DNA from: Paragordius varius
Lineage: Eukaryota; Animalia; Nematomorpha
NCBI GenBank assembly: GCA_964247055.1
Contig: OZ176050.1
Coordinates: 9,610,001-9,674,000, forward strand
Reading direction: 5' to 3'
DNA: 64,000 nt
The translations under genes and the position numbers were made by a program. Positions 53,774 through 64,000 of the stretch are shown one piece after another; position 1 is the first letter of the stretch; every line of letters starts with the position of its first letter. The notes under the pieces were generated by a model. That model was not told where the DNA came from. It was given only the letters and a program-made list of their open reading frames with translations, and searched no databases.

Positions 53774-56655
53774 TTAAATGCTTTCGTTGGTTTTATTACT
53801 ACATTCTGTGGAACATTGATCATCTAAATTTTTTATTCTAAAAGACATTGGAGAAACAAGGGAAGAAGTCCGAATATGCGTTCTCAAATCGGTTGAGTTT
53901 GGAATATCGATTGATAATTTTGAACTATATAATGTTAGATATAAATATATATATATTACTTTACATATGTGTTTTTAAGAGAATATAAAATGTTTAAAAA
54001 CTTATTGTGAATGGGCAGATTAAAACAGTGTGTCTAATATTAGTATATTGTATACTTTGTCGAAATAACATCTAATCATTATTTTTTAAAGATATATAAG
54101 CCATTATATACAATATGCCTAGGAAAAAGTATATTGACAATTAAGCGAATTAAACCTAAAAACCAACTTTAACACTTAAAAAACTGATTAAAATTATAGT
54201 TTCCGTTATTGGACGTTTAATATGATTTAAAACTTTATATCGTGCTAAGATATTTTATAAAATATAATTAAATGAAGTTAAAAACTTATGTTACCAAAAT
54301 CGAAAATTGCCTATGGTATACAACCCGAATGGATCAAGGCGTTTATAAGAAATGATAAAACTCGTATTTATAAAAGCGCATTGGATTACGATAAACCATA
54401 CTGTCATATATTAAATTTTATCGCACCAAATTCAATTAAATTAAAATTCGAATTGTTAAAGTTTATTTCTAACATTTTTTATATATTCTATGTTTTAACT
54501 ATCATTTAAGATTATTGAAACTTAAAATGATTCATTAATCATAAAATAATCTCATTCGTTTACCATTGAGAATCCTCAGAGAAAGATGATGCTGTATTTT
54601 CACATATCAAACGATCGGCAGGTAAAGAAGTGTTAAAAACTTCATCAGAGTTATCGGATAATAGAGAGTTTGTGGCAGTAGTTACTAGCAAAGAAGGTTG
54701 TGATAATGAAATAGTTGTGATTAAGGATTTCCTCCCTAATTTCGGTCCTAATGTGGGCTTATTTGGATTATCTTTGGAAGCAGTATAATTATTATTTAAT
54801 CGAAGGTGATCAGTTAACATGTATCTTTTATAACGTTCACCATGATAATTGGATTCATTAAAACTCCCTTTACGGCGAATAGCAAATGGATTTGTGAATT
54901 CTTGATTGATAATTGCTTGGGAGTTTTTAACATTGGATGTTGGCCCATTCACGATGCCAAACCGTGAACTTTAAAAAATGAATGGCAAATAATTATACAA
55001 TATCATTCATATTTATATCGTGTTAATTATTAAACGGACTTAATTTAAAAATTAAGAGGTTTTAATAAATAAAATTTTAAGGTAAAATTCTTAGTTTATT
55101 ATTTGTATAGTAAAATGTTATTTAATTTAAAATTTTTTTCCACTCTGATGCAGATAAAAAACTTTTTGAAATATTTATTGTTATAATAATATAAGTTAGT
55201 TTAAGCAAAGCAAAGGCCCGTTTACATTTTTTACAGTTTACAGCAAAACAACAATTAATTAATCATCCGAGTATGCAATGCAAAATATTTGGAGAATCAT
55301 CTAATTTTAATTTTATTCGACATAATTTTTCCATATCAAAATTGATTGGTAGAAAGATTATAATGTACTATACGTATTACACCATTTGAATAAAAGAAAA
55401 AGGAGGAAACTATATTTTTAAAAAAACTAATTTATATATTTAACCTAAAGAATAAACTATTTATAAAATTTGTTCAAGTGACCATCATAGTCAATAAAAT
55501 ACTTGTTAACTTGGGCAATCTAAAATTCATTTTTAAAAACATTCAAAATCATATTTATAAGTTTACTCTATTTTATCACAATGATTTTCATTGTTAGAGC
55601 CAATAGAATTCAGGCTATTTTCTTTTAGAAATGGTTTGATAAGGCTATTATCAGATCGTGGGAGAACAGACATGGGATGACTAAAATCAAGATGCATTTT
55701 AGGTGAATTAATGGACAGGGGTGAAGGTGGAAGATAAGCAAATGAATATAATTTCTTGGGTGGGGGTGAATTGCTATATGTTGATTCTATATCATCGGAA
55801 TCATCTAAAAGTTTGTAGATATAAATAAAGGATCTTGGGAAAGTATGATTTAATTTGTTAGTCAAAAAATATAGAAAATATAATACATATATAAATCACA
55901 TAGTATATTCAGAAAATTTCAAATTAATAATAAAATTATACTTAAATGTTGAACACTTCAAGCTATAAAAATTGCAACATAAATGGGCTTAAAGGTAATA
56001 TTTAAAACCCCTAAAAAGCGAGTGTTGGAGATTGGTAAAAAGGAGTCTTGCTGGTTCTTATTTTATATGGTTTTAAAATCGGTTTCTGTAAGACTGAAAC
56101 AGGTTCTGGTTGCACACAATTCCGCATCTATCAATACAAAGAAGCAGTTTGTGTGCATGATGGTAAGCGCATAAAACTTGAGTTTATTTTTATTACGATT
56201 GGACATACATTTTCGTTTGGAATCAAAAGAGCTTGGACGCAAAACAATAACTGGGCTCGTACTTCGCCTAAAATATCAATATATAAAAAAACCTTGTGAT
56301 TTGTTTGGATAACGGGCTGATCAGTGCTTTCCTATCAACTTTAATTTCACCGTCATATATCTATTTTTATTTGCGTTATAACTTTGCTATTGTCGGAGTC
56401 GCTTAACCCACCATTAATTGAAAGAGAATCTGAGTCATAATCAGTGGCAAATTTAAATTTTGTAGGTTTTTTTCCATCAATCTCAGATTAAAAAATATTT
56501 ACCAACGATAAATCTTCGCAAGAATTGGCTAATCCTAAATTAATATGAGTGTTTCTTTCATGAATAGTTTCTCGATCTATTACTTCCTCTTGTATCAACT
56601 GATGTATTCGCGAAGAAGGTGTAGTTATTTTATTTAGGGAATAGGATTGTTTCAT
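53774..56655 (-). CDS. PABIR1: FAM122/PABIR-family PP2A-B55 inhibitor-like protein
   Basis: Exons 56655-56503, 56481-56383, 56360-56293, 56267-56209, 55804-55567, 54968-54565, 53924-53774, all in phase. SRIHQLIQEEVIDRETIHER resembles FAM122A SRLHQIKQEE...RETVHER, and SPLSKQITRRSTSPVIVLRPS...KRK resembles SPTTRFTTRRSQSPINCIRPS...KRK. Confidence 0.75.
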
Positions 56656-56734
56656 TTATGAAAACACCTAAAAATATCTACATTCATAAAAAATTAAAAA
56701 TTATAACCTTTAAAATGAACAACATTAAAAAATT

Positions 56735-56807
56735 GACTCTGTGGCCTAATGGATAAGGCGTCTGCCTCCGGAGCAGGAGATTGTGGGTTCGAGTCCCATC
56801 AGAGTCG
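56735..56807 (+). tRNA. tRNA-Arg (anticodon CCG)
   Basis: 73 nt GACTCTGTGGCCTAATGGATAAGGCGTCTGCCTCCGGAGCAGGAGATTGTGGGTTCGAGTCCCATCAGAGTCG; acceptor stem GACTCTG/CAGAGTC, A and B boxes intact, loop CTCCGGA, followed by a TTTTT terminator. Confidence 0.97.
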
Positions 56808-57037
56808 TTTTTGTTATTTTTATACTTTAAAACAGGCGATTCTTTAACAAATTGCTCCGGGGCCGCATTTTTGACTCCATAAATCGACATGTTTTTTTCT
56901 AGTTCGCCGGTCAGCAGAAAGATTCGGAAATTTGGTTGAGAAATTTAATTTTACTAATATGATGTGATCTTATTTTTCAAATTGTGGAATATGTATTTGG
57001 TGCTTTACCAGATTTTTCGTAGGCCGCACATAATATA

Positions 57038-57270
57038 CCATTTACGATTTATATTCACTCTTGAACAATTCAAATTCACCCTAAAAATAAATTTTTTTTT
57101 CAGTATGAAATATATGGCATAGTTAATTATTTTTTCAGTATTATTTTAATTTTAAACAAAATTTCATTTATAAAAATATTAAAAAATATAAGTAATTTTT
57201 AATCTTATAAGACACATAATTTATTCTAGGGTGAATGAATTGTTCAAGGGTGAATTTGAAGTGTAAATGG
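57038..57270. mobile_element. MITE of the CCATTTACACTT family
   Basis: TA|CCATTTACG...AAATTCACCCTAAAAAT and ...TAGGGTGAAT...AAGTGTAAATGG|TA. Confidence 0.7.
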
Positions 57271-58175
57271 TATATCTCGGGGGGCGTCATGCGGCCTCTT
57301 GGATTCCCCTGCTTTAAACAAACTCCTTTTACAATTTCCTAAAATATTAAACAACTACACCATAAATACTTTGACCTTTTAATAGCGAGATATCAGATAT
57401 GAAAAAAATAGTTCCTAACTTATTTTTTTATTAAAGTTAAATTATCGGCCTTATATTAATTAAACCAAATTATTGAATTTACTCGCCAAGTATTTTATGA
57501 TTCTAAACAACTAAAATACTCTGAAATCGTTTGTATTAAAAAGATTTCAGAGAAGAGGTTTAGGTATTCTATGTTAGCTTATTGAAAAAAATTAAACCGA
57601 AGGGGTACAGGGGCCTAGTATGGGAGGTATTATAACCCGCGCATCATAAATATGTTAGTGCCGTAATAATATATTTTACGATAAGACTGTCTTGAAATTT
57701 TGGCATGGGCCAATATAGGACCCTACCAAGGACCATTCTCCGGGTGAACTCACCGCCCCATTACCAGGAATGATGACATAGCGCAGTTTTATAAACAAAA
57801 CCAGTCTAGATGTGAAAAAATGTAACAAAAATAATTAAAAAAGTGATTCTGTCCGGTTCGTGAAATTCGGAACCGGTTCCTAATGCATACAAGAACATAA
57901 TTAGTCTAAGACAGCCACATATACAAATGAGTGAATTATATATCCAGCCTATTTAAGCATTAATTGGCTTATTTAGTACATTTTCTTTGGATATGGCAAT
58001 ATTTAGCATTTTCTTATGACTCTGTGATTTTTTGTAAACCGTTTGTTTGAAAGAAAAACATTTATTTACATGGAGTTTTGATATAAGGAATATCATTTTT
58101 CATGTATTATTATTATAATTTTTAATTTATAATTTTTGCAATTTTTTATTGTCCATTTAAAAGTGCGCACATAAA

Positions 58176-59919
58176 GGGTGGGTGATAGAAAAAATTTTGA
58201 TTTGACTTGCAAGTTCAAGTCATGGCTTGCTTTCATGTGATAAAAAAATTTAACATTAGACCACTTAAGTCAAGCAAGAAATCTTGATTCGGAGGTGATA
58301 AAAAACCATATGATCAAGTAAAACTTATAGATTTTTCAAGTGTGGTGTAAGGCACACTTGACAGATTTTAAAATGTGTATAATTTTTTTTTGAAACTATT
58401 TTTGGATGTAATTTAGGCTCTATATGATATAATTTTTATCTGATATTTGAATTAACCTATTCTAATTGAGTGGATACAAAAGAGGATAATTTTTTAGATA
58501 AATCTGCTAATATTTAAGAACAATGCTTATAAAAATACGCTAAATATATCGATCGTGAACCTGCAAAATAATTTGATTTTCGAAAATTACTTAAATTTCA
58601 TAATTAAATATTAAGCCTATGAAATTTCAAATCTTCGTTTATAAACGCTAAAGGTTACTTCACTATTCACTAATGTCAAGATTTTATTTTATCATAAATT
58701 TATATTGAATGTAATGTACACAATCAATTAAAAATAATAAAATGTTATATTGTATAAACATCTTCCCATTATATTTGCAAAACTCCTAACAAAATGAATA
58801 GTGTGGTAAAATAAGGAGTGTTTTAAGGGCGAATGTTTTATCAACTTAAAAATTATTGTAGGGCTCAATATTTAGAGAAATCCATCATATTAAATAAGAT
58901 ACGTGTTACTGAGTTTGAAAAACTTTAATAAATGCATATTGTATTAATTGCTTATCTTTTTGTGCCTTATTTCATAAATTTAAAATTTAAATTGGCAAAA
59001 AATGTTATATTCACAAGCAAAAGACTTGACTTAAGCGTTTTTTTATCACCGATCTTCAAGTGTAACATTTATTTGCCACCCAATTCGAATTTTACGCAAA
59101 TTATTTTGATTAATTTCAGCCAAAATTTATGAAATAAGGCACAAAAAGATAAACAATTAATACAATATGCATCTATTAAAGTTTTTCAAACTCAGTAACA
59201 CGTATCTTATTTAATATGATGGATTTCTCTAAATATTGAGCCCTACAATAATTTTTAAGTTGATAAAACATTCGCCCTTAAAACACTCTTTATTTTACCA
59301 CACTATTCATTTTGTTAGGAGTCCATTTGCAAATCTAATGTAAAGATGTTTATACAAGTATAACATTTTATTATTTTTAATTGATTATGTACATTATATT
59401 CGATAAAAATTTATGATGAAATAAATTCTTTACATTAGTGAATAGTGAAGTAACCTATAGCGTTTAAACCAAGATTTGAAATTTCATAGGCTTAATATTT
59501 AATTATGAAATTTAAGTAATTCGAGAATCAAATTTTTTTGCAGGTTCACGATCGATATATTTAGCATATTTTTATATATTAGCAGATTTATCTAAAAATT
59601 ATCCTCTTTTGTATCCACTCAATTAGAATAGGTTAATTAGCCAAATATCAGATAAAAATTATATCATATAAAGCCTAAATTACATCCATAAATAGTTTCA
59701 AAAAAAATTATACATATTTTAAAACCTGTCAAGTGTGCCCTACACCACACTTGAAAAATCTATTAGCTTTACTTGGTCATATGATTTTTTATCACCTCCC
59801 ATTCAAGTTTTCTTGCTTGACTTAAGTCGTTTAACGTTATATATTTTTTATCACATGAAAGCAAGCCATGACTTGAAGAACTTGTAAGTCAAGTCAAAAA
59901 AATTTTTATCACCACACCC
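58176..59919. mobile_element. Large fold-back palindrome (arms of about 800 bp)
   Basis: GGGTGGGTGATAGAAAAAATT...CATGGCTTGCTTTCATG mirrored by CATGAAAGCAAGCCATG...TTTATCACCACACCC; arms complementary nearly throughout; no TSD seen. Confidence 0.8.
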
Positions 59920-61570
59920 AATATTTTTTTTATAATTTTATAAAGGTGCTCTACATAGCTGGCGCTCAATTAGCCCCTCTATTTAGCCGCTCCCGCCGTA
60001 AAATTAATTTTTTTTGGAAAAAAATAAATCCCTAAAAATATATTTGAAGCCATTTTCACAAAAGTTATGAGACTATGTAAAATGAAGTTTTAGACATGCA
60101 GAATAAGGGTGAAATATTAGCCCAATGTTTTTTATAACCGCTGAGCGTTAGATCTGTGCGACTATATATAAATAACCTATCTTTGAAGCAAATTATAATA
60201 AAATCATCAAGAATTTAATTAAACGCTTTTATAAATAAGGTGGTTAGGCCTAGTCCTATGTTAAATATGCCAACATAAGTAGTTTTGAACATTTTCAGAA
60301 AGTTTATGGGACCATAATAATTAGGGAATTATAAATTAAGTTTTAGTATATAAAATAAGCTTCATCTCATGAACAATCTTCTATTCAATTTAATATAAGG
60401 TGTACTGCGCAAAAACTATTTTTTTCAATAAGAGCTAAAAATTACTTATGATATCAGAGTACAAAATTGGGATCAGAAAAAAATATCCTCGTGTATTAAA
60501 TATATTCTGACTTTGGGGCCTTAATAAGAAAAATATTCTTTTGTGCCAATTGCTGCATTTCAAAAAATTGCAAAATTAGCATACATTATAATAAAACCTT
60601 TTTTGGTGAAATAGATGTGTTATTTCATAAATATCATATCATAAAATACATTACAAAGGGTTTATATTAAATTTTTTATCCCGAACTCTAAGACTCCCAT
60701 AACCTACTTAAATTAATAAACAATTTTTGTATCAATTTAAAAAACAAATCAGCATCTTCGAATTTTATGAGGCCATTTTAGAATATCTTAAAATATTATT
60801 CTACCGTTTTCAACACGCTTCAAAATATCATTACCTACGCTTTAAGAAAATTTTGCTAAAAATTGAATATTTAATATATGTATATTTTAAAATAACATTT
60901 TTTTAATGTCATAATCTAGCACATATTAAAACGCGCATCGGTATTTTTCTGTTTATTTTGAGAAAGGCCATACTAAAGAAGCGCGAAACTTTACTTTAGG
61001 ACATATCTAAAAATTAAAATATATTATAAATATCGGCATACTTTTCAATTTTTTCAAATATTTTTCGAAATGAACCAGTTATCTTACTAAAGAATTTTAT
61101 TTGGTTAATTTTGCGACTTTCCATACAAAGCAATTAGCACAAAAGTATATTATTTTTAACAAATAACTCATAACCCAAAACCAGCGAATGAGAATTTTGC
61201 GACATTAACTATCAGAATATAAATATATATATATATATATATATTTCATCGAGATTTTTTTGCGTGCACTGTGCATATAAAAAGTTTCGATAAAATTGTT
61301 CAATAATTATCATCACTCTATTTATAAAGTCAGTTGCCCAAAAGGTAACGGGGTCCCATTATTTGATACACTATATACATAGCATATATGCATAAGATAA
61401 TAATAAATGCCAATAACAAATAATTTCGGACTCTTTTAATTAAATAAGCATTCATTGCAAAAAATTTGGTATAAATTATAATAATTTTTATGTAAATTTA
61501 TTTTATGGATAATGAATTAAATATTGCATAATTGAGTACTAAATATCCATATATCATTATAAGGTTGAGA

Positions 61571-63514
61571 CTAACGATCATTCAAACGACGCTTCTTATA
61601 TTCATGCCATTTATCAACAATCCATTCTCTTTGACTCCAAAGATATTTATCACCATATTTCCAATACCACCTAAATATTTACAAACATTATAAAGTTCAA
61701 GTATATCCAGCTAATAAATTGTAATATTAATTGACTAATTACACTCCAAAAGCCAAACCACCAAGATGGGCCGCATGATCAAACAATTTCCATTTCATTA
61801 TGATCCCCATAGTGTCAAAGATAAGCATGGCCTTTAAAGCCTAATTTAGAGAGTAGTAAAAAATAAAATATAATTAAAATTGAAGAAGTGATTAAAATTT
61901 TATAAATAAAAAAATACTTGTCTCTATACGCTACTTTAATAATTACTTGCATTTTAATTTTTATTAGGAAAGACAATAAAAACACACTGATAACTTTTTA
62001 GACAATATTTCGATGAAAAATGAGAACTATACCGTAAAAGCTGAAAAAGTGAAGGTAGGCAGAAATATGAGGGAGAGTTCTGCATTTGGATATTCCATGC
62101 ATACAACTCCGACCATAGCCATGAGTGCACCCGAGGCCCCCATAGATAAAGCTCGAGATTGGTTCAACACTTTTAGGGCATAACTTGTGAGGGATGAAAA
62201 TGTACCTACAAAATAGTTTTGGTAAAACCATATAGCGTAAATTATATATCAAAAAGGTTTTTACATAAAAAATTCGATTTTTAAATATATATCAAAACTA
62301 AGGCATAACCTATAATTTAGAACAATAGGTAAAAACAATATGGGCATTAAATAATAGATTTTATGGAAAGGAGTATGGAAAGTGATAAGGTTATATATTT
62401 TAATGGACTTGGACAAATTTTAAATATATGAAAAATTTTATAATTAAGAGCAGTAAAATAATAATTATCAACTTATAAGTCTTAACATTACCAGCCATTA
62501 AAAAGAAAGCTAGAAATTGTTCGCGTCCCATTATGTGCATTGTAGGATAGCTAAATGAGTACAACGCAATCATATTAAAAATTAAATGCCAGGCATTGTA
62601 ATGGCTAAAGGTTGAAAGTAACATGGAAAGTGTAGGGACGCCTAACAATACAAAAAATACATACAATGAACACTTTCGCGCAAAATGGTAGTCAAATATT
62701 AAAATTGTTATTATTTAAAATAAATTTTAAAATATTGGGAAACACTTGTTTTCTAATATGAATAAGTATTATAGAAAATTTGATTATTTTTGTTTAAGGA
62801 ATCCAAAGTTAAAAGCTTTTAAGTAAACTTAAATTTTCATAAGATTATATTTTTGTTATCAACGTTTTATCATGCATTAAATTATCTTGTCTATCAATCG
62901 ATCCACAAAAATATCATGATCATTGACATTCAATGTAAAGTAACCAAAAACATCCCAAAAAATTTTAAATTTGTATTATTTTCAATACAACACCATTAAA
63001 TTAATATTCATTTTTGTTAAACCTTGACGGGGATGAGATCCTAAATATTTAACCATCATTGGATATAACTTTGAAATATGCCATAGACAAAAAACACCGA
63101 AATTCATTCCCATTAAAAATACTATTAACTTTTCCTCGTTCTTTAACTCCCTATTCCATAGTTCTGAAATCTATTTATAAATTTATCAAACTTGTTGCCT
63201 AAATTCCCCAAATTTTGGAAAACCAGTATCAACAACTTTTATTTGTTTCTTAAGATTTTCATATTGCCAAATACCGCATCCTGCTATTGAAACACCAGAA
63301 ACCTATAACAATTTAAAATTAATTGTACCATAACGAAAAAACCGAACGGTTTTATAAGATCCGCGAATTTTAGAGTTTCATTGCTTGGGTCTCTGATTTT
63401 AGAGGGTAAAATATCGATTTTGTTATCTTTAACTGTTTTAAAAAATCTTAAAATTGATGAATTATTTTTGAACACTTTGAAAAACTTGAACAATCCCACA
63501 GTTGGCCGTATCAT
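61571..63514 (-). CDS. PARL: Presenilin-associated rhomboid-like mitochondrial protease
   Basis: Exons 63514-63329, 63302-63192 (GIWQYENLK), 63170-63023 (VFCLW), 62641-62492 (MLLSTFSHY...HLIFNM), 62205-62033 (catalytic GASGA), 61840-61743 (FDHAAHLGG), 61670-61571. Basic, acid-poor N-terminus fits a mitochondrial presequence. Confidence 0.96.
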
Positions 63515-63541
63515 TCATAGCTTCTCAGATGATATATAAGA

Positions 63542-64000
63542 ATGCAGGATTTATTCAATACTGTCAAAGGAAAAGCTTTGGGCATCGCTGATTTTTTAAC
63601 ACCAGTTCTTAAAGTACTGTTACTTTTTTATTTCATAGGAATCAAAGTTTAAAGAGACTGGTGTGATTACACCTGAAGAGGTATATTTTGTTCTCCAATT
63701 AATCTTATTAGTTTGTGATCGCCGGAGATCATTTGGTTCATCAATGTCCTACGTGGTCTTGGGCTATTGGTGAAACAGCCAAATCAAAATCTTATTTGCC
63801 TTCTAATAAACAATATCTTGTTACTAGAAATGGTAAAATTTAGCATATAATTTATATAGTTCCTTGTTATGATATGAAAAAATTCTCAGTTATGAAGGAA
63901 AAATGTAGAAGATTGGATGAAAATGATGATCAAGAATGGGTTGAAGCTTTTTACCAGTCTGGTTTGTATTTATTTAATATTTAGAAGAAGAAACGTCTCC
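63542..64000 (+). CDS. ATG3: Autophagy E2-like enzyme ATG3 (5' part; continues beyond the window)
   Basis: [24 protein letters not shown]|[14 protein letters not shown]|[18 protein letters not shown]...[14 protein letters not shown]|PCY...EWVEAFYQS; exons 63542-63613, 63639-63680, 63712-63832, 63860-63961, 63985 onward. Confidence 0.97.

Noticed and set aside
55983-56299. Plus-strand ORFs of 63 and 83 aa
   Set aside because: Antisense to PABIR exon and intron sequence; no recognisable homology.
57640-57800. GC-richer island whose minus strand reads YVIIPGNGA followed by a GTGAGT donor, reminiscent of the RBBP9 hydrolase N-terminus
   Set aside because: No start codon or downstream exon could be joined; similarity is too short to call. 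A BLASTX search would settle it.

Overview
Very AT-rich, intron-containing animal (probably invertebrate) genomic DNA; the species cannot be identified from sequence alone. Protein-coding genes reconstructed by hand: three bubblegum-family (ACSBG-like) acyl-CoA ligase paralogs (3' part at 242-2488 +, 36305-43101 -, 45598-53139 +), a divergent Popeye-domain (BVES/POPDC) gene, COX17 followed 1 nt later by DPH3, a FAM122/PABIR-like gene, PARL, and the 5' part of ATG3 starting 27 nt from the PARL start codon. There is also a tRNA-Arg(CCG). The rest is mostly transposon-derived: non-autonomous Helitrons (some carrying a ~160/320-bp tandem array), two sister hAT elements with nested Helitrons, a Charlie-like hAT, TA-targeting MITEs, long fold-back palindromes and LINE relics. 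The main finding is a class of ultrashort GT-AG introns (21-31 nt) in ATG3, PARL, PABIR and COX17, most of which must be spliced to restore homology, while the ACSBG genes have only introns of 70 nt or more. Other highlights are the COX17-DPH3 stop/start junction (likely bicistronic), the PARL/ATG3 head-to-head pair, and a transposon-truncated 42-aa tandem repeat whose core resembles a PKA-RI anchoring (AKAP/RIAD) helix. All splice models are inferred from sequence and recalled homology and need RNA confirmation.
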